Part shown: in pieces, positions 44,045-53,734 of the stretch
Layout: every line of letters starts with the position of its first letter
How positions within the stretch are numbered: position 1 is the stretch's first letter
Source: Acidobacteriota bacterium
Lineage (GTDB): Bacteria; Acidobacteriota; Aminicenantia; Aminicenantales; Saccharicenantaceae
DNA: 64,000 bases
Assembly: GCA_014894455.1 (NCBI GenBank)
Contig: JADBLN010000057.1
Coordinates: 2,003 to 66,002, forward strand
Direction of reading: 5' to 3'
Notes under the pieces: generated by a model
What the model saw: only the letters and a program-made list of their open reading frames with translations
Databases searched by the model: none
What the model was told of the DNA's origin: nothing
Made by a program: the position numbers and the translations under genes

Positions 44045-44623
44045 ATGAAACTCATCAGACTGGCGTTGATCGCTCTCGTCATCTCGGCGACGGCCTATCC
44101 GCAGACGGCGGACCTGGGCATGGGCGCATTTTCCAACGAAAAAGGCGCCATCCTCATAGCCGTTGACGCCGCCCTCGTCAACCAGGAGATCCATAGCCCT
44201 TACGTCATGTTCGTCGTTTTTCTGGCCGCCAAGGACAAGGGCCAGTCCATCAGCGTCGCGGCGAAGGACGTGGTCATGGTCTACAAGGGGCAGGAATATC
44301 GCATGCCCTCGCTGAAGGACCTCCGGGACAGCTACCGGGGCGAGATCCGGGACGTCGATTTTTACCGGCACCTGGGCAAGGAGGGCATCATCGCCTCTTG
44401 GGCCAGGCTCTATGAGTTCCCGGAGAAGGCGAATTTCTTCCCTCCGCTCACGCTCACGTCGACGCTCGCGGTGGATGAGGGGCACATGGCCGCGTTCAAT
44501 GGGTTCCTGACGCCCATGTACTTCAAGAATCCCGGCTTCGCCAAGGGGGACAGGCTGACGATCAAGGTCCGGGACACGAAAAACCCGCAGCTCACCGGAG
44601 AGTGCGAGGTCGTCCTCAACTGA
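44045..44623 (+). CDS. secreted protein of unknown function
   Basis: 192 aa with a strong SD AAAGGAG and signal peptide MKLIRLALIALVISATAYPQ. I recognise no motif in it. Confidence 0.7.
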   Translation: MKLIRLALIALVISATAYPQTADLGMGAFSNEKGAILIAVDAALVNQEIHSPYVMFVVFLAAKDKGQSISVAAKDVVMVYKGQEYRMPSLKDLRDSYRGEIRDVDFYRHLGKEGIIASWARLYEFPEKANFFPPLTLTSTLAVDEGHMAAFNGFLTPMYFKNPGFAKGDRLTIKVRDTKNPQLTGECEVVLN

Positions 44624-44638
44624 CGGCTGGAGGCTATT

Positions 44639-46360
44639 TCACTTCGCCGGGACGAGGACGACTTTTTCCAGGTTCATGGCGTGGTTGTTGACGATGGACG
44701 TGATCCTGACCCGGAGCTTGTGCTCGCCCGCTCCGAGAGTGACCTTGCCCACTGGGAACGTCTTGGGAAAATAGACGCTCGGCGACGATTCCGTTTTGGC
44801 GGCTATTTTCTGTCCGTCAACCTCGACCTCGTATCCGGCCTGGCCGCCCGACATGCTGGCGTAGGAGGCCAGGATATCGAAGGCCTCGGCTTTGTCCGTC
44901 GTGAAAACCCACTCCGGGTAGTCGTTGACGTTCTGCCAATTGGCCAGCATCGTCGTCCTGTAGAAATGGTCGAGGTAGGCGCGCTGGCCCATCTCCGACT
45001 GGATGTCGGCGAGATAAACGGGGAGCTCGACCCGCCCGTTTCTCTCCGGACCTATCTTGTAGGGTTCGACCTCGGGCGGGCCCTGGAGTTCGACGACGAC
45101 GACCGTCGCGTCGGGGTCGCGCTCCCGTTCTGGCAGAGTGATGATGACGTCCTTCCCTGTTTGCTTGAATGTCAAAGGCCTCCCCGGGCCCGTCAAAAGA
45201 TAAGTTTTTTTCACGTCCGTTTTGAGCCCGGGAAGGCGAATTCTGCCGTCCGCGGGCCAGCCCATGACGTGGACGTAGAGCTTGTTGCCCTTGACCGTGC
45301 ATCGGCCGAAGAAGGGCAGGCGCTCGAAGACGCTGGCCGTCGTCCCGTAGATCGCTTCGCCGTTCGTCTTCAGCCATTCGCCCATCCGTCTCAGCCGGGC
45401 GACGAAGTCGGCCTGGATGCGGCCGTCGGGCTGGGGCCCGACGTTGAGAAGGAGGTTGCCGCCCTTGCTGACGATCTCGATGAGCTGGCGGAGGAGCTGG
45501 CTGGCGCTGTGGAACTCGGTCTCGGTGCGGTTGTAGCCCCAACCGTTCCAGTTCATCGTGCAACAGGCTTCCCACAGGCGGGGTGAACCGTCGGGGTTGC
45601 GGACGCCCGTGGCCGGGACGTAGTTTTCGGGCGTGCCGAAGTCGCCGTAGCCGGGCTCGCGCTTGAACAGCCGGTCGTTGATGAGGAGCGTCGGCTTCAT
45701 GCCGAGGAGCATCTTTCCGATGGCGAAGGCCCGCTGTTCTTCGTTCGAGTGTTCCCACTCGCCGTCGAACCAGAGGACGGCCGGGTCGTACTTCGTCACG
45801 AGCTCCTTGAGCTGGTTCGTGGCGAAGTCCATGTAGCGTCCGAAGTCGGCGCCCCTGGAACTTCGATTGGTCTCCCACGCCCGCCGAGGCAGGTAGTCGG
45901 GGTGGCGCCAGTCCATGATCGAGTAGTAGAAGCCGAGTGGCACCCCGGCCTTCTTCATCGAGGATGAGAGCGGCCCCAGGATGTCCTTGCCGTACTTGGC
46001 CTTCATGATGTCGTAGTCGGTGTACTGACTGTCGAAGATCGAGAAGCCATCGTGGTGCTTCGAAGTAATGATGACGTATTTCGCGCCGGCGTCTTTCGCC
46101 AGCGCGGCCCACGCGTCCGGGTCGAAGTCGACCGGATTGAAGTTGTCGGCGTAGTACTGGTACTCCTTGAGCGGGATCTGGAGGAGCTGGCGGGCCCACT
46201 CCTCGCGGCCGATCATGGAATAGACGCCCCAGTGGATGAACAGGCCGAATTTGGCTTCCCGGAACCACTGGAGGCGGTCGGGCGTCTGGGACTGGGCCCC
46301 GAGGGGCGGGATTGAAAAGACGAGAAAAGCGACGAAAAAGGCGATCGTCCGGGTTTTCAT
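44639..46360 (-). CDS. alpha-L-fucosidase (GH29) with C-terminal beta-sandwich domain
   Basis: 573 aa from the ATG at 46360, with a signal peptide. The GH29 N-terminal signature is FGLFIHWGVYSMIGREEW. Confidence 0.85.
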   Translation of the reverse strand: MKTRTIAFFVAFLVFSIPPLGAQSQTPDRLQWFREAKFGLFIHWGVYSMIGREEWARQLLQIPLKEYQYYADNFNPVDFDPDAWAALAKDAGAKYVIITSKHHDGFSIFDSQYTDYDIMKAKYGKDILGPLSSSMKKAGVPLGFYYSIMDWRHPDYLPRRAWETNRSSRGADFGRYMDFATNQLKELVTKYDPAVLWFDGEWEHSNEEQRAFAIGKMLLGMKPTLLINDRLFKREPGYGDFGTPENYVPATGVRNPDGSPRLWEACCTMNWNGWGYNRTETEFHSASQLLRQLIEIVSKGGNLLLNVGPQPDGRIQADFVARLRRMGEWLKTNGEAIYGTTASVFERLPFFGRCTVKGNKLYVHVMGWPADGRIRLPGLKTDVKKTYLLTGPGRPLTFKQTGKDVIITLPERERDPDATVVVVELQGPPEVEPYKIGPERNGRVELPVYLADIQSEMGQRAYLDHFYRTTMLANWQNVNDYPEWVFTTDKAEAFDILASYASMSGGQAGYEVEVDGQKIAAKTESSPSVYFPKTFPVGKVTLGAGEHKLRVRITSIVNNHAMNLEKVVLVPAK

Positions 46361-46392
46361 GTTTCGACCTCTCCTCCTCGACGGATATCCCA

Positions 46393-46421
46393 AGATTATC
46401 CGCGGGCGGGATGGCTGTCAA
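46393..46421 (-). promoter_or_regulatory. sigma-70-like promoter for the fucosidase gene (TTGACA-N17-TAATCT)
   Basis: On the minus strand the -35 lies at 46421-46416 and the -10 at 46398-46393. Its position supports the ATG at 46360 rather than the track's start at 46393. Confidence 0.45.
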
Positions 46422-46464
46422 CGCCGGAGCGCGCGTATATGCACGCCGTCGGCCGGCCTGTTGT

Positions 46465-48795
46465 TCAGTACTTGATATATGCTTTCGGGTCGAGCCCGGA
46501 GTCCGGCGGCAGGCGCCACATGAAATCCGGGTCGATGCGGGGCTCGTCGTTCCGGTGTTTTTCCATGAGGGCGACTTTTCTCCGTATGAGCTCGGGCAGG
46601 TTCGTCCCGTACATGTTGAAGGTCTCGCCCGTCGGGTCGACGGGCATGAACCGGGTTTTCGAGGACTCGAAGAGCGCGGCCAGAGCGCGGGCGTTCCCGA
46701 TCTCGTCGTCGACCATGGCCCGGACCAAGGCCAGTCGCCTATCTTTTTCCGCCGGGTCTTTCGTCTCGATGTAGCCGTGGACTCCGGCCACCCAAGCGGC
46801 GGTGTTGCGCAGCGTCCGGAAGTAGCAACGCAGGGCCCGGAGCCGGTCGAACTGGTCGACGAAAACTGCCCGCGCGTTGCCCTTCATCCCCTGGACCGCG
46901 TCACCCAGGACCCCGATCGCCTCGTCCAGGGGCTTCCACGTCGCCCGGTCGGCCTGGGCCACGACCGCGTCCGCCTGGTCGCGGGTCATGAGGGTCCAGA
47001 GGATGTCCGTGCCCAGGTCGACGAGGTTGGGGTTATTGAAGGTCACGGTCATATACTTCTCGTAATAGGCGCGCTCCGCCTCCGGGATCCGCTCGATATC
47101 CGGGGCGAAGGGCCGGACGAGGAGCCGGTACCAGGGGAAGCCCCAGTTGTTGTCGCCGTAGAGCATGATCGATGGGAAGCCGCGGACGGCCGTGTCGCAG
47201 AGTCGCCAAGCCTTGACTAGGGCCGGGACGCCGCTTTTTCCAACGAGGCGTGAGGCCGCCGCCGCAACGACGGCGTCGACGTCCGCGCCCGCGTCGAAGT
47301 TGAGGGCCCTCAGCACGTCCCGGTTGACGTCGTAAGGGGCGAGCGGCTCGGGGTCGACGGTGACCTGGGCCTCGTCGAAGCCGGCTGCCTGGAGGCCGCG
47401 GACCTCTTCGGCCGCGAGCCAGGGCGAGGGGATGCCCAGGAGATAGTTGTTCTGGAGCCGCGTCGTCGTGAAGATCTCGCTGCCCTTCTCCGGCAGGGAC
47501 TTGAGCCGCCGGCCGCGGGGCGAGTCGTCGAGCTCTTTCGGGGCGACCCAGAGGTCGAGCTTCTCGGTCAGGCCGTCGAGGATGAATTCCTCCTCGTTCG
47601 AGAAGGAGAAGAGGTTGAAGAGGAGGCGGAAGTCGGGACGGGTCTCGGCTGCCGCGTCGCGCAGGGTCCGAAAGTAGCGGAGGACATTGTCGGCCGCGGC
47701 CTTGGCGATGGCCTCGTGGGACTTCCACTCGCGGACAAGATAGGCCCCGCCGTTGCGGCCGGCGTAGAGGCTGGCCGTGTACTCGAAACCCGAGCCGCTA
47801 TCGTTCGTCCAGAGGTAGATGTAGCCGAGCTCGGGGACCTCGCGCATCAGCCGCCGCATGAGCTCGGCGTAATGCCAGCGGACGGCGGGATGCGAGAGCG
47901 TCAGAGTGAAGCGCGGGCGGTAGCTCCTGAAGGGGTGGTCGACGCGCGCCCCGCGGAGATAGGGGTACTTTTCGAGTACGGCATCAGGGACGGAGCGGGG
48001 CGAGCTGATGTTGAGGCCGGGCGTCAGGCCGTACTTGACGGCCAGGCGGGCGTTCTCCTTGAGGAGCGCCAGGTTGGCCTCGAGATATTCCGGCGAGTAG
48101 GCCCCGGCGTTGAGGGGCGTCTCGACGAACTGGTCGAGGTCGGGGCTGAAATAATAAAAACGGTAGTAGATCTCTCCGGGCGGCCCCTGCTCGGCCGGCG
48201 TGTCCTTGGCCAGGGCGTTCACCGGCACGTGGCTGAAACCGAGGCGGGCCAGCTCGCGGACGGAGCGCTCGGCGTCGTAGCCGGCCGCGACCCGCTTCGG
48301 GTTGGCCAGGTAATTGTCGCCGCCCTCGAGGCGCGAAAAACGGGGGACGACGACTTTCCCGTTCTCGAACCCGGCGGCGTCGAGCCCGAGCCAGTCCTCT
48401 TTGAGCAGGGAATAGAGCGCGTAAAGGAGGTGGGGCGCGGACGTCGTGAGCTCGCCGCTTCCGTCAGGGGCGAGCTTGAGGAACATCCAGCCTTTCCCGC
48501 CGGACTCGCGGAGGGCGTCGGGCGACGGGCCGGCGAGGAATTCTTCGTCGGCGATGGCGATGCGCATGACGCCCTTTTCGTTCCGCCCGGCCTGGCCGGG
48601 AGTCTCGATCTCGGCCTGGGGCGCCAGGTCGCGGCGGAATTCATCGGCCACGGTCCGGTCGACGGGACGTCCGTTCGTGGGGACGGCCAGGACGCGGACG
48701 TTTTTCAGGGCGTCGGCGACCGTCGGCTTGCGTTCCGCGGCGAAGCCGAACCCGAACAGGGACAGGGCTCCCAGGAGTGCAACGAATTTAGCCAT
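46465..48795 (-). CDS. large secreted protein of unknown function (possibly glycoside-hydrolase-like)
   Basis: 776 aa with signal peptide MAKFVALLGALSLFGFGFAA and consistent GC3 coding bias. I could not assign a family by eye. Confidence 0.7.
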   Translation of the reverse strand: MAKFVALLGALSLFGFGFAAERKPTVADALKNVRVLAVPTNGRPVDRTVADEFRRDLAPQAEIETPGQAGRNEKGVMRIAIADEEFLAGPSPDALRESGGKGWMFLKLAPDGSGELTTSAPHLLYALYSLLKEDWLGLDAAGFENGKVVVPRFSRLEGGDNYLANPKRVAAGYDAERSVRELARLGFSHVPVNALAKDTPAEQGPPGEIYYRFYYFSPDLDQFVETPLNAGAYSPEYLEANLALLKENARLAVKYGLTPGLNISSPRSVPDAVLEKYPYLRGARVDHPFRSYRPRFTLTLSHPAVRWHYAELMRRLMREVPELGYIYLWTNDSGSGFEYTASLYAGRNGGAYLVREWKSHEAIAKAAADNVLRYFRTLRDAAAETRPDFRLLFNLFSFSNEEEFILDGLTEKLDLWVAPKELDDSPRGRRLKSLPEKGSEIFTTTRLQNNYLLGIPSPWLAAEEVRGLQAAGFDEAQVTVDPEPLAPYDVNRDVLRALNFDAGADVDAVVAAAASRLVGKSGVPALVKAWRLCDTAVRGFPSIMLYGDNNWGFPWYRLLVRPFAPDIERIPEAERAYYEKYMTVTFNNPNLVDLGTDILWTLMTRDQADAVVAQADRATWKPLDEAIGVLGDAVQGMKGNARAVFVDQFDRLRALRCYFRTLRNTAAWVAGVHGYIETKDPAEKDRRLALVRAMVDDEIGNARALAALFESSKTRFMPVDPTGETFNMYGTNLPELIRRKVALMEKHRNDEPRIDPDFMWRLPPDSGLDPKAYIKY

Positions 48796-48953
48796 GGACG
48801 CCTCCTCTTTTTATCCCTTCATTCTATGAGATTCCCTGAAGCGGACGCAAGCGGCCGGGTTGCCGGGCGTCTCTCGTTTCCGGGCCTGAGAAAAACCGGC
48901 CGCGGCGAGCGTTGCTTTAATGAAGGCATTAAGAGGCGTTTCCCCGAGGTCCC

Positions 48954-50402
48954 ATGGTGCATCGATTCCTTTCCCGGCTGGCCGAGGTTATTTTCGACCA
49001 GATCCCCTCGGACCAGGCCCTTTTCCGGACGCTCGACGGAAAAGGGAACAAGGTCTTCGAAACATCCAAGGGGATGGATGAGACGAACGGCGGAGGGGGA
49101 CCCGTCCGGGACACGGACGAAACGATCGTCCGCCGTGTCCTCGAGATGGGCCGGCCGGTCCTCGTCACGGACCTTGCCTCGGAGCCGCTCTTCGCCGACC
49201 TGGAGCTCGACGGGAACGGTCATCCCCGGAGCCTTCTGGCCTATCCCTGGACGCTCCAAGGCCTCCCTGCCGGCGTCGCCTACCTGGCCCGAAACGGCGC
49301 CGGCCGTCCCTTCACCCGGGAAAACATGGAGTTCCTGACCCTGGCCATGTCGCCCGTCCTCTACCTTTTGCGGGGAAACGGAAGCCGCGGCCCGGAGGGC
49401 GGGGCGTCCTCGCCGGATGCCGACAAAGCCGGAAGCCCGTTCATGGGGACGGCGCTCCCCGTCCGGCGTGTCCGGGCCATGATCGAAAAAGTCCGGGACA
49501 CCGACGCGCCCGTCTTCATCTCGGGGGAGAGCGGAACGGGAAAGGAGCTCGTCGCCAGGATCATCCACGAAACGGGGCGGCGCCGGGCCGGCCCGTTCGT
49601 CGCCGTCAACTGCGCCGCCATCCCGGAGGCCCTCATCGAGAGCGAGCTTTTCGGCCACGCCCGGGGGGCCTTCACCGGCGCCGTGAGGGACAAGCTGGGC
49701 CTCATCGAAGAGGCTTCGGGCGGGACGTTCTTCCTCGACGAGATCGGCGACCTGCCGCTCGTCCTCCAGTCCAAGCTTCTCCGCGTTCTCGAAGAGAAAA
49801 AAGTCCGCCGGGTCGGCGAGACGCGCCACCGCACCATCGACGCCCGATTCGTCAGCGCCACGAACAAGGATCTCGACCACGAGGTCGAGCGGGGCCGTTT
49901 CCGCCAGGACCTCTACTACCGGCTGAAGATCATCGCCATCGACCTGCCGCCCCTCCGGGAAAGGCCGGAGGACGCCCTGCTCCTCCTCAATCACTTCCTC
50001 GACGAATTCTCCCGATCCATGGGCAAACCCCGGCCGTTCCTTTCGCCCGTCGCGTTGGAGATGCTCCTGCGCTACCCCTGGCCGGGGAACGTCCGCGAGC
50101 TCCAGAACGAAGTGCAGAGATGCCTGGTCATGGCCGATGGGGCGCCGCTCATCCTCGAGGAGTACCTCTCGCTCAAGATCAACCCGGCCGGGGAGACCTA
50201 TTCGCGCACCTCCCACCGCTTCTCCGAAGCCAAGTCCGATTTCGAGAAGCGCTTCCTTAGGGAGGCCTTGGTCCGCTGCCGGTATCACCGGACCCGGACG
50301 GCGGCCGAAGTGGGCCTGACCCGCCAGGGGCTGTTCAAGCTGCTCAAGAAATACGGGATAGATCCGAAAGCCGCTCAGGCCGGACCGCAGCCGGATCAGT
50401 AA
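48954..50402 (+). CDS. sigma-54-dependent transcriptional activator (GAF - AAA+ - Fis-type HTH)
   Basis: 482 aa with Walker A GESGTGKE, the sigma-54 contact loop GAFTGA (HARGAFTGAV), and the C-terminal HTH RTRTAAEVGLTRQGLFKLLKKYGI. Confidence 0.92.
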   Translation: MVHRFLSRLAEVIFDQIPSDQALFRTLDGKGNKVFETSKGMDETNGGGGPVRDTDETIVRRVLEMGRPVLVTDLASEPLFADLELDGNGHPRSLLAYPWTLQGLPAGVAYLARNGAGRPFTRENMEFLTLAMSPVLYLLRGNGSRGPEGGASSPDADKAGSPFMGTALPVRRVRAMIEKVRDTDAPVFISGESGTGKELVARIIHETGRRRAGPFVAVNCAAIPEALIESELFGHARGAFTGAVRDKLGLIEEASGGTFFLDEIGDLPLVLQSKLLRVLEEKKVRRVGETRHRTIDARFVSATNKDLDHEVERGRFRQDLYYRLKIIAIDLPPLRERPEDALLLLNHFLDEFSRSMGKPRPFLSPVALEMLLRYPWPGNVRELQNEVQRCLVMADGAPLILEEYLSLKINPAGETYSRTSHRFSEAKSDFEKRFLREALVRCRYHRTRTAAEVGLTRQGLFKLLKKYGIDPKAAQAGPQPDQ

Positions 50403-50429
50403 AAGAGGGACAGTCCGACGGTCCCTCTT
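50403..50429 (+). terminator. candidate intrinsic terminator hairpin after the activator gene
   Basis: AAGAGGGAC-agtccgacg-GTCCCTCTT forms a 9-bp stem immediately after the stop. It is followed only by TGTTG, a weak T-tract. Confidence 0.35.
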
Positions 50430-50466
50430 TGTTGAAGAGGGGGGCGGGTTATGTTACATTCGCCCC

Positions 50467-50760
50467 ATGGCCGAGACAAAAGATGAGGCCCGCGTCTTTT
50501 CGCTGACATGTCCCTGCTGCGAGGCGACCCTCTGGGTCGACGGCGAAACACGGGCCGTCCTGCGGGCCGAGAAAGTCAAGCGGAAAAAAGGCTCGCTCGA
50601 CGACCTCCTCGTCAAAGAGCACAAGCGGCGGAGCGAATTCGACAGCAAGTTCGACGCCACGTTCGAGCTCCAGAAGGAGAAACACGACAAGGCCGACGAG
50701 CTGTTCAAGAAGGCGCTCGAGAAGGCCGAGAAGGGCGAGGACGAAGAACCCGCGGCCTAA
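50467..50760 (+). CDS. small zinc-ribbon-like, Lys/Glu-rich protein
   Basis: 97 aa. It begins with a CPCC cluster (LTCPCCEATLWVDG) followed by a charged helical tail. The codon bias is coding-like. Confidence 0.5.
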   Translation: MAETKDEARVFSLTCPCCEATLWVDGETRAVLRAEKVKRKKGSLDDLLVKEHKRRSEFDSKFDATFELQKEKHDKADELFKKALEKAEKGEDEEPAA

Positions 50761-50783
50761 GGTCGCGCGGCCTTCTCGTTAGG

Positions 50784-50931
50784 TGACGCCACCCGTTTTG
50801 GCTGCGAGGGGAACCACCCGTTTCCCCCGGCCCCCGGGAACCAGTCCCGGCGGTTCCCCCATCGGTACCCGATGGTGCCCCCTCCGCTACGGGGGCTCCG
50901 GATGGTTCCCCTCACAGCCCGGGTGGCGTCA
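50784..50931. other. GC-rich multi-hairpin element closed by a 12-bp helix (candidate structured RNA or bidirectional terminator)
   Basis: TGACGCCACCCG (50784-50795) pairs with CGGGTGGCGTCA (50920-50931). Internal hairpins include GGGAACC-N9-GGTTCCC, ATCGG-tac-CCGAT and GCCCCC-N8-GGGGGC. It lies between convergent genes. Confidence 0.5.
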
Positions 50932-50971
50932 AAGAGGTCCCTTACGTACATCGGAGCTAAAACGTGCGGTG

Positions 50972-52432
50972 TCAGCTGCCGGGCTGCGTCTCGTCCTCGC
51001 GGACCCGCGGGGCCATCGTCCATTTAGTAAATCCGAAGACGGCCAGCATGACGACCGAGAGATAGTTCATGAAGGCCCAGGGCAGGTAGGCGAAGGTCGA
51101 GACCCCCAGGGTCCCGGTGATGTAGACGCCGGCCATGCTCCAAGGGATAAGCGGGACGATGATGCCGCCGCTCTCCTGGATGATCCGCGACAGGTTCTTG
51201 GCGGCCAGGCCATTCTTCTTATAGATGGGCGCGAGAAGGTCGGCCGGCAGGATCATCGAAAGATAGGAGCTTCCGGTGATCATGGCCGAGAGGACGGCCG
51301 CGCCGATCGTCGTCAGGACGAGGCTCCAAACCTCCCGGGTGAACTTCATCACCCGCTCCAGGATGACGGCCAAACATCCCGTCCTTTGCATGATGCCGCC
51401 GAACGCGAAAGCGGTGAAGGCGATGAGCTGGGTCTCCATCATGCTCATCATGCCGCCCTTGGCCAGGAGCCGGTCGACGACCTCGACGCCCGTCCGCGCC
51501 GGGAGGCCCGAGTTCATGGCCGTGGCCACGACGGTGAGGGGGATCTTCTGGACGAGGACGGCCAGGGCCGCAGCGACGAGGGAGGACAGGATCATAGCCG
51601 GGATGGTCGGCTTCTTGGCCACGGCGAAATAGAAGATGACGACCATGGGCAGGAGCAGGAGGACGCTGAACCGGAAGTTCGACTTGAGCGTGCGGAGGAT
51701 GAGGTCAAGCGTGTCCGACTGGACGGCCACCGCGCCGTACTTCAGGCCGACGAAGAAATAGATGGCCAGGCCGGCCAGCCAGGCCGGCACGGCCGACCAC
51801 ATCATATGCTTGATGTGATCGAAGAGGTTCGACCCGGAGATGACCGTGGCCAGGTTGGGGATGTCGGAGAGAGGCGACATCTTGTCCCCGAAATAGGCGC
51901 CGGCCACGACCGCCCCGGCCGCCGGGCCGAGAGGGATGCCGAGGCCCATGGCGATGCCGATGAAGGCCACGCCCACTGTGCCGATCGTGCCCCACGAGGT
52001 CCCCGAGGCGATGGCGACGACCGACGAGACGAGGCAGGCCGTGGCCAGGAAGAACTTGGGAGAGATGAGCTTCAGGCCGTAATAAATGACCATGGGGATG
52101 GTGCCGCCGGCCATCCAGGACCCGACGAGGATGCCGACCGAGAGCATGATCAGGATGGCCGGCATGGCTTTATGGATGCTGTCGACGATGCCCCGCTCCA
52201 TGTCCTTCCACTTGAACCCGAGGGCGAGGCCCATCGTCGCGGTGATCGCGGCCGCGGCGACGAGGAGGACCTGGGCCTTGATCTTGTAGACGCCGTAGCC
52301 GACGCCGAGGAGGAGGGCCATGGCGATGAGCGGAATGAGGGCGACCCCGAACTTCGGCGGTCGTCCCGGGATGGGGGCTTGAGGAGGCGACTGGGGCGGC
52401 GTCGCCGCCGGCTGAACGGTCTTTTCGTCCAT
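50972..52432 (-). CDS. nhaC: NhaC-family Na+/H+ antiporter
   Basis: 486 aa with about 12 TM segments, resembling the NhaC family overall. It lies 10 nt downstream of iadA. Confidence 0.75.
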   Translation of the reverse strand: MDEKTVQPAATPPQSPPQAPIPGRPPKFGVALIPLIAMALLLGVGYGVYKIKAQVLLVAAAAITATMGLALGFKWKDMERGIVDSIHKAMPAILIMLSVGILVGSWMAGGTIPMVIYYGLKLISPKFFLATACLVSSVVAIASGTSWGTIGTVGVAFIGIAMGLGIPLGPAAGAVVAGAYFGDKMSPLSDIPNLATVISGSNLFDHIKHMMWSAVPAWLAGLAIYFFVGLKYGAVAVQSDTLDLILRTLKSNFRFSVLLLLPMVVIFYFAVAKKPTIPAMILSSLVAAALAVLVQKIPLTVVATAMNSGLPARTGVEVVDRLLAKGGMMSMMETQLIAFTAFAFGGIMQRTGCLAVILERVMKFTREVWSLVLTTIGAAVLSAMITGSSYLSMILPADLLAPIYKKNGLAAKNLSRIIQESGGIIVPLIPWSMAGVYITGTLGVSTFAYLPWAFMNYLSVVMLAVFGFTKWTMAPRVREDETQPGS

Positions 52433-52442
52433 GGGAACCCCC

Positions 52443-53612
52443 TCAGGCGCTGAACGTGCCGTGGACGAGGAGCCGCCCGCCGGCCATCATCCTTTTTCCC
52501 CGGGCGAAGACGTCGCTCAGGGCGAGATTGCCGTCGATGACGACGAGGTCGGCGTCCCGTCCCGGCCCGATACGCCCTTTTTTCCCAAGCTTGTAGAACT
52601 CTGCCGCGTTGGTCGAAAAAAGCCGGGCGGCCGTTTCGGGAGGCAGGAGGCCCTTGCGGAGAACGTCTCCGAACTTGCGGAAGAGGTCCTTCTCCGTGGC
52701 GATCGTCAGCCGGACGAGCCGGCCGCTCTCGTCGAAAACGGGGATACTGCCGTTGCTGTCCGAGCTGAGCATCATCCGGCCGAATGGGAGGCCTCTTTCC
52801 CGGAAGCGGGCGATGCAGTCTTCGAGACTCACCTCCGGGTCGGGCGGGACGGGCTCAGGCCCGACAGTGATATCGACGGAACCGCCGCCGGCGACCCATT
52901 CGAGGCCCTCTTCGAAAAGCTCCGGGTTGCGGCTGATGTGGGTCGGGACAAACTGGTTCGCAGGGATCTCCGTTTCGCGGACGAGCCGGAAGAGAAACTC
53001 GAGCCGGCGCTTGCCGTCGCCGAGATGGAGGTGGAGGACGCCGGCCTTCCCGCCGAGCATCCCCCCGACGCGGCATTCGGCCGCGAGCCTCGCGACCTCG
53101 TCGAACGTCGGCTGCGAGGAGCGGTGGTCGCTCGCGGCGATCTCGCCCGCGCCGACGACCTTGTCGACGACGATGAGGTCGGAACGGACGCTTCCGGTCA
53201 GGGTCCGGACGGGGATCTCGTAGGACCCCGAATAAATGAACGTCGAGATGCCCTCGAGCTCGAGCGCCCGGGCCTTGGCCAGGAGGGACGTCATGTGGCG
53301 GGTGACGCCGTCGGTCCCCAGACAGCCGATGACGGTCGTGACGCCGCTCGAGATGATATCTTCGATCCTGATCTCGGGAGCGCGCGTCGCCGGGCCGCCT
53401 TCCCCTCCGCCCCCGAGGATGTGGACGTGGGGGTCGATGAGCCCGGGGAAGACGCGCTTCCCGGCCGCGTCCACGGTTTCGGCCTCGAGGCCGTCGACCC
53501 GGATGCGGCCCGGTTCGGCCACGGCCTCGATCGCGCCTCCGGCGAGCAGGATGTCCTTCCGGCCGAGCGGCTCAGGCGCAAAGACGTCTCCGCCGCGAAT
53601 CAGAGTGACCAT
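52443..53612 (-). CDS. iadA: isoaspartyl dipeptidase (beta-aspartyl peptidase, amidohydrolase superfamily)
   Basis: 389 aa. The N-terminus reads LIRGGDVFAPEPLGRKDILLAGGAIEAV...FPGLIDPHVHILGGGGEGG, the characteristic IadA pattern. Confidence 0.85.
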   Translation of the reverse strand: MVTLIRGGDVFAPEPLGRKDILLAGGAIEAVAEPGRIRVDGLEAETVDAAGKRVFPGLIDPHVHILGGGGEGGPATRAPEIRIEDIISSGVTTVIGCLGTDGVTRHMTSLLAKARALELEGISTFIYSGSYEIPVRTLTGSVRSDLIVVDKVVGAGEIAASDHRSSQPTFDEVARLAAECRVGGMLGGKAGVLHLHLGDGKRRLEFLFRLVRETEIPANQFVPTHISRNPELFEEGLEWVAGGGSVDITVGPEPVPPDPEVSLEDCIARFRERGLPFGRMMLSSDSNGSIPVFDESGRLVRLTIATEKDLFRKFGDVLRKGLLPPETAARLFSTNAAEFYKLGKKGRIGPGRDADLVVIDGNLALSDVFARGKRMMAGGRLLVHGTFSA

Positions 53613-53734
53613 GGGCGCCTCCTTACCCGGACGGCACCTAAATTATCACGTCTGACGGGCGTTCGCAAGCGGCCGCTCCGCCCCGGGCGCTCTTTGAATT
53701 TCCCGGGCGGATTTTGTAGAATAGCCCTACGCCC

